Assembly: GCA_964016885.1 (NCBI GenBank)
Contig: OZ024754.1
Coordinates: 11,780,001 to 11,844,000, forward strand
Reading direction: 5' to 3'
Length of the DNA stretch: 64,000 nucleotides
Source of the DNA: Eledone cirrhosa
Lineage: Eukaryota
The notes below the pieces were generated by a model, which searched no databases, was not told the origin of the DNA, and saw only the letters and a list, made by a program, of their open reading frames with translations. Numbering within the stretch: position 1 is the stretch's first letter; each line of letters opens with the position of its first letter. The translations under genes were made by a program, and so were the position numbers. This document shows positions 28,201-39,400 of this stretch, in pieces.

Positions 28201-31200
28201 CCTCTGAAAGTCCATGCCTTTCATTTCCTTCTGTGTCAAATTTCATTATTAAATGTATTTTGATTTCTAGCAACTATGAACAAATTTTGAAATCTCACCA
28301 AAATACACCTCTGGCAGGACAAAATCAAGTTTCTGATGAAGTCAAATTTCAAGTAGTGAGTAAATTTTCTTTCTAATATTCTATGGTATTCTTTTGTTAC
28401 CATATTTCAAGTGTTGCAATAAATCTTGAATCTTGAAAATAAGCCAGAATTTGGAATGATGTAGGCGAACGCATGGCCATGCTTGTACCTATGTTAGAAA
28501 TCAATAAACTTACAAGCAGTTTCTCATTGAATTTTAGATAAAATTCTCTGTCTTAACCCTTTAGCATTTACATTACTCTATATATACTATTATGCTTTGT
28601 GGATTGGCAGTATCGGTAGAGGGTTGGACGCCATGCTTTGCAGCAAAGAGTTACTTCCCTTTACGGACAGTTCAAATCCCGCCGAGGTTAACTTTGCCTT
28701 TCATCCTTACGGGGTCGATAAAATAAAGTACCAGTAATACACTGGAATAATTGCTGGCCTTGTGCCAAAAAGTAGAAACAATTGTTTTGAGAACAATACC
28801 TTAACATCAGTATGAGCGCCCAGTTATGGCCGGTTTGAACAGAAAGAGGTGAAAGAATTATGGCCGGTTTAAATAACTTCAAACGAGATAATTCCTAAAT
28901 GCTCTATCCTGTTTTATATAGTTTTTATTTACTAAATACTTTTTTTTCCTTTTCTAAAATTTCAGTTCAAACAGATTATGGACTCGTTATTCCAGTCTTT
29001 CGTATCAACAGTGTCAGTGAGCAACTTTGCTGAACTTTCAACATGTGTGATTAGTTGGTTAGAAGAGTATTGCAAACCTAAAGTAAGAGTACAGTTTCTC
29101 TCTAAATCTATCTGTTCTTTTTACTTCCTTGTCATTCTGTGTATATCCATTCTTTCTCTGCTTGGAAAGACAAGTGTACCCAACAATGTATTGCCAAACA
29201 TTACTCTTAAGGCCACCCTTCCCTTCATATAGTAAACATGTAGCCTCTTGCTCTTGCCCCATCATTCCTATCACTGTAGTTCCAGCCTGGCCAAGGACAC
29301 AAGTGTTCTAGTGTTGAAAATGGTAGTGCATTCAGCCCACTCTGTAAAGTAGTAGTGCTAGTACCATGATAAATACACCTAGTCCACTCTGTAAAGCAGT
29401 AGTGCTGGTACCATGATAAATACACCTAGTCTACTCTGTAAAGCAGTAGTGCTGGTGCCATGATAAATACACCTAGTCCACTCTGTAAAGTAGTAGTGCT
29501 GGTGCCATGATAAATACACCTAGTCCACTCTGTAAAGCAGTAGTGCTGGTGCCATGATAAATGCACCTAGTCCACTCTGTAAAGCAGTAGTGCTGGTGCC
29601 ATGATAAATGCACCTAGTCCACTCTGTAAAGCAGTAGTGCTGGTGCCATGATAAATGCACCTAGTCCACTCTGTAAAGCAGTAGTGCTGGTGCCATGATA
29701 AATGCACCTAGTCCACTCTGTAAAGCAGTAGTGCTGGTGCCATGATAAATGCACCTAGTCCACTGTTAAGTGGTAGTACTGGTGCCATGATAAATACACC
29801 TAGTCCACTCTGTAAAGCAGTAGTGCTGGTGCCATGATAAATGCACCTAGTCCACTCTGTAAAGCAGTAGTGTTGGTGCCATGATAAATGCACCTAGTCC
29901 ATTCTGTTAAGGGGTAGTGCTTGTGCCATGATAAAAAATCATTTAGTCCATCCTGTTATATGGTTGTGGTAGAGCCAGTGATCTGTCTCTGGCCTCAGAA
30001 TGTCACATACCACGTGTCTTGGGCACTTGATGCCTGACAGAACCCATCCCCTCTTCAGGAGAAAAGAAGCGAGAAAGTGATATTAAGGAAAAAATCAACC
30101 TCAGGACAGGACTGTTTCTTTTTTTTTCAACCTTGAAAGTATGAAAGGCATAGTTGACTATGGCAGGGTTTGAGAGTCGAAACGAATACCACAAAATACT
30201 CTATCTGAGGTTCTAATGACTCTGCCAATTCACTGTCTCATACCCTGTATATCAGGATATAAAGATTTGATCCACCAATAAAATATTTAAATGTGATAAT
30301 ATGTGTTAGATCAGGGGCGTGCAACAGGCGGCCCGCGGGCCACAATCCGACCTGCCAGACCAGTGAGTGGCCGTGATGACCATTCTTAATTTTTACCTTG
30401 AAGGCTTATTTAGAATTTTTTTCATAACCGTAATACAATTTTCTGTTAGTTGACTTATACTAAAGGACTTCACTGATGGGGTTATGTGTGTTATAATTTC
30501 CCAGTTCCATGTTATGGAAAGAAGTTGTGGTGAATCTTAGGAATATCATCATCATCATTTTACGTCCGCTCTTCCCTGCTTGCAAGGGTGGGATGGGCAC
30601 AGCATCTCTCCACTTGTCACGGTCCTTCGTCATCTCCACCCTGAGCTTCAGCGATCTGAGGTCTGTTCTCACCACCTCCGCCCATGTTTTTCGTGATCTA
30701 CCTCTACCACGTCTTCCTTCAACTGGCATTTCCTGGCACTTCTTCACCCATCGGTCATCCTCCATGCGCATCACATGTCCATACCACCGCAGTCTCTTCT
30801 CTCGCAAACTACATTCTATCCCTCTCAGACAGTTTCTCTCTCAACACATTCATGCTTAATAAATATTAATGGCCCTAATAGTTGTTCCAATGTTCAAAAG
30901 TGGCCCGCCAATGGAATATGTTGCACACCCCTGGGTTAGAAGATGCAAATTGGTGGCTAGAAAAAACTTGTGCAGATGTGAGCCATAACAACAACAACAA
31001 TGGGTTAGATGACTTACCACATGAATTGTAGAGAATGTCACACAGCAAGTCTAGTTAAGAGTATCCAGCCTTCAGAGAAACATGCATGCTTCATGTATGA
31101 GAAATACCATGATTTATGGGGGCAAAACAACACAGTAGATGACTGGAACAGCCAAGAAGGCTAGAAAGAACGGAAATGAGAACATTTTGGGCCACGTAAC

Positions 31201-31710
31201 ACCCTCAGGCCCACCCGCCCCTTATTTCCAGAGAGACCTGCCTACATGCAATATATAAATAAATTAAATTGTTAATTTATATATAAATAATATAATATAT
31301 ACTTTGTATAAATAAATATTATATATTTTTTATTTTAATATCAACATCGTCAATTAACGTCTATCTTCCACTCTAGCATGGGTTAGACATTTTGTCCCAT
31401 TTAGAGGCATTTATATATATATATATATGTGTATCATCTGATATTTGATATACTATTAAATCATCTCTACTCCCACTGCCCCCCGAGGAGCAGTAGCGCC
31501 TACTTTGAGAACCTCTCGTCTAGTGGAGGAGAGGAACATAATGGATTGCAGGGGGAAATGGCCTTTAAATGTTTGTGGTTATTGATATGCACAGGTAATT
31601 TTGATGATAAATATGCTTCAATATTTTGTATTTTTTCTTTTCAGAATTTGAAAGAACTTGTGGTTGGTGTTTTACAACAAGTATCTAATCAACCTAACAT
31701 TAACCAGTAA
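22266..31710 (+). CDS. MLX: Max-like protein X (bHLH-ZIP, Mondo partner), 9 coding exons, 254 aa
   Basis: Exons 22266-22286, 23563-23614, 24788-24916, 25729-25826, 26258-26354, 27245-27344, 28271-28355, 28966-29082, 31645-31710 total 765 nt with GT-AG introns and consistent phases; the protein contains SYKDRRREAHTQAEQKRRDAIKKGYDDLQTIVP, KLSKASVLQKSIDYI and IMDSLFQSF...SWLEEYCKP. Confidence 0.95.
23563..23614 (+). CDS. MLX: MLX exon 2
   Basis: tttcag|...|gtaagt; RRMSDSSFCDSSFDQSN resembles human YSDNSLD; phase 1. Confidence 0.75.
24788..24916 (+). CDS. MLX: MLX exon 3
   Basis: MDGDLKIEASP...SGSIAPGCASSASSAYNT; ttcag|...|gtaag. Confidence 0.88.
25729..25826 (+). CDS. MLX: MLX exon 4 (basic region/helix 1)
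   Basis: DDEDSDSRTMMSYKDRRREAHTQAEQKRRDAIK. Confidence 0.95.
26258..26354 (+). CDS. MLX: MLX exon 5
   Basis: KGYDDLQTIVPKCQQPDSLGSQKLSKASVLQK. Confidence 0.95.
27245..27344 (+). CDS. MLX: MLX exon 6 (helix 2/zipper)
   Basis: IDYISFLVDQKSKQELALDTLRKEVMALKIMK. Confidence 0.95.
28271..28355 (+). CDS. MLX: MLX exon 7
   Basis: NYEQILKSHQNTPLAGQNQVSDEVKFQV. Confidence 0.95.
28553..28905. mobile_element. Tc1/mariner-like MITE interrupted by a CORE-type SINE (~28598-28785)
   Basis: MITE left end ttaaccctttagcatttacattactct, then the SINE, then the MITE body resumes at ttttgagaacaatacc. Confidence 0.7.
28966..29082 (+). CDS. MLX: MLX exon 8 (DCD domain)
   Basis: FKQIMDSLFQSFVSTVSVSNFAELSTCVISWLEEYCKPK. 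Confidence 0.95.
29330..29950. repeat. 47-bp minisatellite, ~13 copies
   Basis: Unit gtagtgctggtgccatgataaatgcacctagtccactctgtaaagca. Confidence 0.95.
30312..30933. mobile_element. hAT (Charlie-like) MITE containing a nested RTE fragment
   Basis: TIRs caggggcgtgcaac / gttgcacacccctg; flanks tgttagat / ggttagaa resemble an 8-bp TSD. Confidence 0.7.
30546..30855 (-). mobile_element. RTE LINE 3' fragment
   Basis: REKRLRWYGHVMRMEDDRWVKKCQEMPVEGRRGRGRSRKTW. Confidence 0.85.
31645..31710 (+). CDS. MLX: MLX exon 9 (terminal)
   Basis: tttcag|NLKELVVGVLQQVSNQPNINQ*; compare human TLREIVIGVLHQL. Confidence 0.93.
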   Translation, partial: NLKELVVGVLQQVSNQPNINQ

Positions 31711-33258
31711 ACACTGCTACTCTCATCAAGTGGATTTGAGGCTGAAAACCCAATTTTCTCAACTTTGCAGCTAAGCCCCAAATTCAATAATGAAAACAAA
31801 ACTTATTGATACTGGTTGATGGCCCATTGCTGTTTTTATTTCATCTTCCATGTGCTGTCTCTTCTTTATCATATTCTCTTCCAAAAGAAAAAATTTTTAA
31901 AAGTTGAATCTGGACAGTGACTTTTAATAATTGGAATGTTATCCAAACCTGTTGCAATAACCATTTTAGGTGCTGCATTTTGCTGACAAATCTAAACTGA
32001 CCAAACAATCTTTTTTTTGTCAGGTTTCTAAATATAGATATTTTATATTTAAAATTTATTAAAAACCATAAATTATATATTTTTAGTGTATTTTCTATAA
32101 CTTTATATTAACCTTTGATTCTTTTCAGTTTTGTATGATTTACAGACAGCATAAATAATATTTGGTTCCTTCATCAAACTTTAACAAAGCTATGCTTGTG
32201 GATTGTGTGTATCATCATCATCATCATACGTCCATTTTCCACACTAGCATGGATAGGATGGGCTGTCTCTTTGTGAGAGATCAGATTGGAGGACTATTTC
32301 GTTGACATAGAATTGATTTGGGCTTGGATGTCCTTCTTAATGCCTATATATAAAAAGAGATGGTTATAGAACATATAAACTCGAATATAAGCCAAAGAAT
32401 ATGCAACCAAAAAATAGATGGTAGAAGGAGGGTTGGTTTATATTTGGGGTCAATATTTTGACAATTTTCACCAAATTAAAAGCCATTTTCCCTTCCGAAT
32501 TAGGGAATCTTATAGCAGGCCCCACAATGGATCTCAGGTTCATCAAGGAGTCCTTTTTGAGGCAATATTTTATGGCTGGATGCACTTCCTGATACCAACT
32601 CTTTTCGTTGTCTTTTACACAGAGCTGATGCCTGAATATTTACCACTCTATGCTAACTCTAAAATGTATTCCTCATTCTCCCAAATAAAATAATTATCCA
32701 CACATAGTTATGTCCGCTGACAAACTTAGCTTTTGTCACTTCTTGTTCTGACTTCACTAAGAAAATTACTAAATATACATTTCCCACACTAATGTCAAAT
32801 CATGTTACACAAACCTCTCCACTGCTTTGTATATTACCATACTTGAGAATATACAAATATTTTGGGATTTATTGATTGATTGCAGAAAATTATTATATAT
32901 TTAATTTAATTATACAAATTTGTATAAAACTATGATCCTTTAAAGTTCAGTAACATTCCTCTCTGGAGTTTGTACTCTAGTTGGCCTTAACAGCAGCGTT
33001 GACCCTCTTCTTATAACATGAAGGGATACAGTATGCCTCTTCTAAACTACACACAAACTCAGTTGAACAATAAATACACACAAACTAATATGTTTAGTAA
33101 AATATATTTTAGAAATATTTCCAAAATTTAATATATATTAGTACTTACAAACCACACTGATATTATTAAAAGTTACTTTCATCATCACTGCAACATTTCA
33201 ACAGCCCAAATTCAGAGTTTGAGATTAGAAGATTGGTTCTCCTTTAGTATATTTTTTT

Positions 33259-33454
33259 TCAATTTGATTTTTTGGAATGATTCTGTTTAGAGCCATTGCA
33301 ATTACAGTTAGTGTGTATACACATAGGATAATAAATAAGACTCTGCCACATTTGGTATAAAACTATGAAATGGCAAACATGAAGAAGACCACTACTCCAG
33401 AAGGTTGAAGGATATGTATTCCAGCAGAGTTCAATAACCCCAAGAATAAGTAAC
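33259..33454 (-). CDS. ALG3: ALG3 exon 9 (terminal)
   Basis: [28 protein letters not shown]...HSKKSN*; ends in a KKXX ER-retrieval motif. Confidence 0.94.
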
Positions 33455-36400
33455 CTAACAAAAAGAAAACAAAAATTGACATTTAATTTTCTTTTACAAA
33501 AATAGTGAAAGTAATTTTAAAAACAATTAAGGTTCATCATCATTGGATATAATTTTTCTGCTAGCAAGGGTTGGTCAGGTCTTGACAGACTGAGTCAGTA
33601 CTCAAGCAGTGCTACAGACCTTTCAAGCACAGCTTACTGACTACTCAGAAAGGCCAGGGACCTGCATCTTTCTTACATACAGTCCCACAAATTGAAAATG
33701 AAGTGAGATTTTAATCATTTTTGTCGTAGTTTTAATGGAATGGACTCCCATCAGTTTCTACAATGAGTAATTCCAAATGTTTGAGGAACTGAACTTTTTG
33801 AAACATTGTAATACTCGAAAGATTTAAGATTTACAATAAATTTAATCCCCTAATTATTATTATTATTTATGACTGGTAGGGCAGTGGATTGGCAGTATCA
33901 GTAAAGGGTCGGAAGCCATGCTTTGTAGCATAGAGTTATGGCCCTTTATGATCTGAGTTCAAATCCTGCTGAGGTTAACTTTGCCTTTCATCCTTATGGG
34001 GTCGATAAAATAAAGTACTAGTCGACTTTCCCCTACCCCCAAATTGCTCGCCCCGCGCCTATATAAGAAACTATTATTTATGGCTGGTCGATTTACAGAA
34101 TCGTTAGAATGTCAAAATATCTTGTGAGGGTTTGGTTCTTTATGTTCTGAGTTCAAATCCTGCCGAGATTAGCTTTGCCTTTCATCCTGATGGGGATCAA
34201 TAAAATAAAGTACCAGTAATGCACTGGGGTTGATTTAACTGACTTTTCCCTTTCCCCCAAAATTGTCGGCCTGCTGCCTAAATCAGAAACCATCATTATT
34301 ATTGGTGGATGTTTTCTAGCATAGTTACGTCCCTTTACAGTCTGAGTTCAAATCCCGCCGAGGTTAACTTTGCTTTTCATCCTTACGAGGTCGATAAAAT
34401 AAAGTACCAGTAATACACTGGGTAATTTGCTGGCCTTGTGCCTAACGTAGAAACAATTATTATTGGTGGATTGGCAGAATTGATAGTGTCAGGCAAAATA
34501 TCTTGTGTTTTGGTTCTTTGTTTTCAGTTCAAATCCCGCTAAGGTTAACTTTGTCTTTCATTCTTTTGACGTTGATAAAATAAAGTACCAGTTAAGTACT
34601 GGGTTCAATTTAATTGAGTCAACTAACACCATCTCTTAAATTTCTGCTCCTGTTCTTTTGTTAGAAATCATAATCATTAACATTAAATACAGGAATTTGT
34701 TTATTCTTTCACTGGTTTTTCCAACGTCTACCACCTTAAAGGGTGGACTGAGTGCTTTTTGTTGTAGCACCAGCATGACTACCTTACAGGGTGGACTGGG
34801 TGCTTTTTGTTGTAGCACCAGCATGACTACCTTACAGGGTGGATTGAGTGCTTTTTGTTGTAGCACCAGCATGACTACCTTACAGGGTGGACTGGGTGCT
34901 TTTTGTTGTACACCAGCATGACTACCTTACAGGGTGGACTGGGTGCTTTTTGTTGTAGCACCAGCATGACTACCTTACAGGGTGGATTGAGTGCTTTTTG
35001 TTGTAGCACCAGCATGACTACCTTACAGGGTGGATTGAGTGCTTTTTGTTGTAGCATCAGCATGACTACTTTACAGGCTGGACTGAGTGCATTTTGTAGT
35101 GGCACCAGTATGACCACTTTACAGGAATGAAAGAGTTAAAGCAAATGAAATACTTACTTGAATGGCAATTTGATGGTAAAAAGTAAGTAATGAAGAGTGT
35201 GGAAGTACCAAACATAGAATTGATAATGGAGAGATCGACTGAAACACATTCCTATGAAATTTGCAGAAAACAGAGGAAGAATGATCTGTGTAGAGAGTTA
35301 AGGTTACAAGTCTTGGATGATGTTGAAAAGTAAGTATAATTTGGTAGACAGAAACTGCAGAAGCCTGGTTTGTGTGTATGTGTGTTGCAGAATACTGATA
35401 CTTTTAAAAGTGACATATTCATTAAACAAGAAATTAGAAATGAAATATATGAGCCAAATCTCACTTTAAATCCTACTCCAGCTTCTGGAAAAAAAATAAT
35501 GAAGAAGATATTGAAGAAAGAAGTTCTTGATATGCTATGTCTGAAATAAAAAAAATGGTCACAGCGGGTGGGTAGCCTAGTGGTAGGGATGTTGGACTTA
35601 CGATCATAATGTCCAAGGTTCGACTCCTGGACTGGGTTGTGTGTTGTGTTGTGTTCTTGAGCTAAACACTTCATTTCATGTTGCTTGAGTATACTTAGCT
35701 GAAAATGAGCACCAGTAATAGCTAGGGGTTTAACCCTGCGTTGGACAGGTGTCATGTCCAGGGAGGGAAGTCTTGTATTCTCAGTTGCTTAACGCCACGG
35801 AAACCGGGATAATCACTGGCCTAATGTGCCTCTGAGCTTGAGACAGACTTTAGACAGCTGGAATGACTTCAATCATATGTTTACATAATCAGAGTTAAAC
35901 AGCAATAATTACAATTATTTTATTGCTAAGTTGGAAACAAAGTTTTTTTTAAAGGGAAATAAAAAGGATATGATTTGGTCCAAGATTTTTCTCTTTCTTA
36001 GAGGATATAGTCCATTTTATTGGCGGAAGCATGCTGAAATTATAAGACATCATTTACTTAAGAGGAAGAAACAAACAGAAACTATATAACATCATCAACA
36101 ACAATACACCCTGTTATTTAGATAAATGTTATGGCAAAGCCTTATATTTCTATTTCATAGTGTTTTTCATTAGAAATATGGTCATGATGGTTTCAGAGCA
36201 CAATGGACCGGTATAATTACTGAGGCATATTGCACCTGATGCTCAAGAAACTCTGCCAGTTCCCTGCCTTCCAATAATTTTAGTATAATCCTAAAATTCT
36301 TCAATAATTAATTGAAATAGAATGTATTTCATTAGAAATATGGTCAAGAAATGAAAGGATTACGTACTATTTCCAGCGACATAGTATAAAAAGTAGTAAA

Positions 36401-39400
36401 ATGACAATGTGCAAGAGAAGGAGCCCCATATGGAAATAGCGATTGAGAAAGATATCTTCAGGTAGAAATCTCCAGTTCACTGTCCATTTAAAGAGAAACT
36501 GTCGACCAAGATCGAAAGAACGTACAATATATCCTACAGGATTGTTTATGAGGAATGGTAGTGCAAGAATGATCTGTAAAAAAGATAAATGGAAAATTAA
36601 CTCTTGATGTCCTGTACCAAATAAAACAAGATTCTTGAAAAAGTACAAAACAACACTATGCTTTTATTACATTAAACACTGAAGTCTTTTTTCTAAGTCT
36701 TTTTACAATGATCGGTTTACTTGTAAAGATACTATAAACATTTTTTTTCTCCATATTTCTAATGATTTTCAGTCTATGATTTTCAAATAATTTTGAAAAT
36801 AATCAAGATTTTGAACAGATTTAGTAAAATAACTAACTTTCGCATTATTTTTCTAGAGTTTGGAACATCTTTGCCCACCTACTCCTGAAAGAGACATGGA
36901 GGCAGACTCCTAAGATACATCTTTCAGAGGAACCTATCAGAAGCAAGTGATTTGGCTGGATTCCCACATGAGACCAGTTGAACTCATGGATGTTATCCAA
37001 CTATGGTCTGCCTCTGTGTCTTCTGCTAGTTGGCTTTGCCCATAAAATCTTTTTAGCAAGTCTTTCCTTAGACATTCTAACCCCATGCCCTTAGTACCAG
37101 AGCTATGATCTCTTGATGTGGAAGATTAGCAGCTTTACCTTGCCGATATCCGAGCTACACACCCTATTGAGTAATGTTACTCCAAAGACCCTACAGAATA
37201 ACTTCATTTTGGCTGCCGGTATTTGCAATCATATTCTTTTGGTTATTATCTAAGATTCATGAATATAGGTAAAAGTAGGCATGAACACCGAATTGAATGC
37301 CCTTCCTAATGCCAACCATTTTTACAGCATATACTGGGAGTTTTTTTTGAGGCCCCCAGCACTATCGTTGTACACAAATGCAATGAGATGAAAATGTAAG
37401 CAATATTACAAACCTGAGGTACAGCACATATTGTTAGATACTTGATGGTTTTTAAAATGCCATGCCTCACCAATAATAAGAACAGGAGGGCAGGTGAGAA
37501 GAGAAGTATGTTCATTTTGACTGAAACACCAAAACTACAATAAAATATAAAAATACAATTTATAGAACATCATTAATTAGTAGATATAATAAATTAAAAG
37601 CAGCAAATTAGCAGGGCTGTTAGATGTTAGAACATTAGATAGAATGTGATCAGAGTTCAAATCTCACCAAGGTCAACATTGCCTTTATCATTTTAGGGTC
37701 GATAAATAAAGTACCCGTCCAATAGTGGAGTCTTCAGCTGTATTTCTTTCTCTGGAAGAAATTGGCTTTGTTCAGACCTGTTGAGAGATGGGCTCTGCTA
37801 GGTTTAAACTGCCCAAGACATGCTGTATGTCATAACAACATCACTATGACCCCACCAGGAGTTAAGTGACCATAGATGGATGATTTTATAAATTGATAAC
37901 ATTTAAAGATGTATTCTCCCGAATTAACTTCTTTTCCTAATATTTTATTTTATATATTTTTTTATTTTAATGAAATGAAAAAAAATCTCTCAGCAAAGTG
38001 AGATTTAAAAGCAGATGTAAAAATGATGATGATGATATTCTTTTACATGTTTCAGATGACTGGCTGAGGCCATGCTGGGGCATGCCTTCCTTGGTTGGCA
38101 ATTGATGTAAAAGGGAGTTTGTTGTTGCCACTCTCATTTGTGCTTCACCTCATGCTGTCGGATCATTTGGGATCTTGGTTAGCAGAATATCGAGATGTTT
38201 CTTGAAAACATTTACATACACACCATGTAGATCTCTCAGTTTTTTGTCAGCTTAGTAAAGAGCTGAGAGCCTTTTAACCCCAGGCTATTGCTGTATTTGG
38301 TCTTTATGCTTGATGATGGTGACCTTATTTTTTTTAATTTTACAATTAACTTTCATAAACATAAACAAAATGTGATGAGAGTCCCCAAAAATTTAGTAAT
38401 ACAAACCTGTAGAAAAGACAGCCAAGAGCCCAGTGATCTCTGATGAAGAGAGATACAGAAATAAAGAAAAGCAGCATAGCAATTGGATCATTGAAGAGGC
38501 GGAGAACATAGATGGAGTGGATGCGATAAGAGGTACAGCACATGAAGATGAAAAAATAAGGAGCAATCTGAAGTATAAGAAGAAAAGAAAACAAAATCAC
38601 CGCTCTTGTCCTCTTCATCATTTTACAATGATGTATATAATATATATATATAAAAATATATATATACTATATATATACAGTGAAATCCCGTTATAATGAA
38701 ATTCCCAGGGTATAAAAAAATTTGTTGTAACGAAAAATTCTTTATAATGAGATCAACCAAAACACATCGAGTGTGTGGCTGGGGATTGAAAAAATTTTGT
38801 TATCCTGAAAAATTCATTATAATGGTATTCGTTATAACAGAATTTTACCTGTATATTTATATATATATACACACAAACACCCCATATACACCTGCCTATA
38901 TATATACACAGAGTGGGGAGACCCAAGAAGACCTGGGATGAGGTGATAAAAGCCGACCTTACCCAATTACACCTCTCAAAGGCGATGACACACGACCATG
39001 ACATCTGGCGACACGCAGTAATACAGAAGACCCGACCCCCCCATGGGTACAAGCCGAAGCTGAAGCATATAGACAATATGCCCCCACACCCTCCCACTGT
39101 AAAGTGGTCATGGAGGTGCCACGGAAAAAAAGCACCCAGCACTCACTGTAAATGAGGTTGGTGTTAGGAAGGGCATCCAGCTGTAGAAATCAAGCCAGAA
39201 TCAGTTCCTGTATGAGCAAGGCATGGTCAGCCGACTGGACACTGCCCACAACAGGACAACCCGTCTAACCCATCCTAGCGTGGAAGAATGGACGTAAAAC
39301 GGTGATGATGATGATGATATACACACAAACACCCCATGACATATTGCTTGCTCACCCATAGTACTGGTGTGACAACAAAACACCCCAGCCCACTGAGTAA

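Noticed and set aside
35252-35755. 167-aa ORF and ttcag acceptor at ~35541 as ALG3 exon 7
   Set aside because: Splicing exon 6 to it creates an immediate TAA; the true exon 7 is 36033-35972 with a U12 donor
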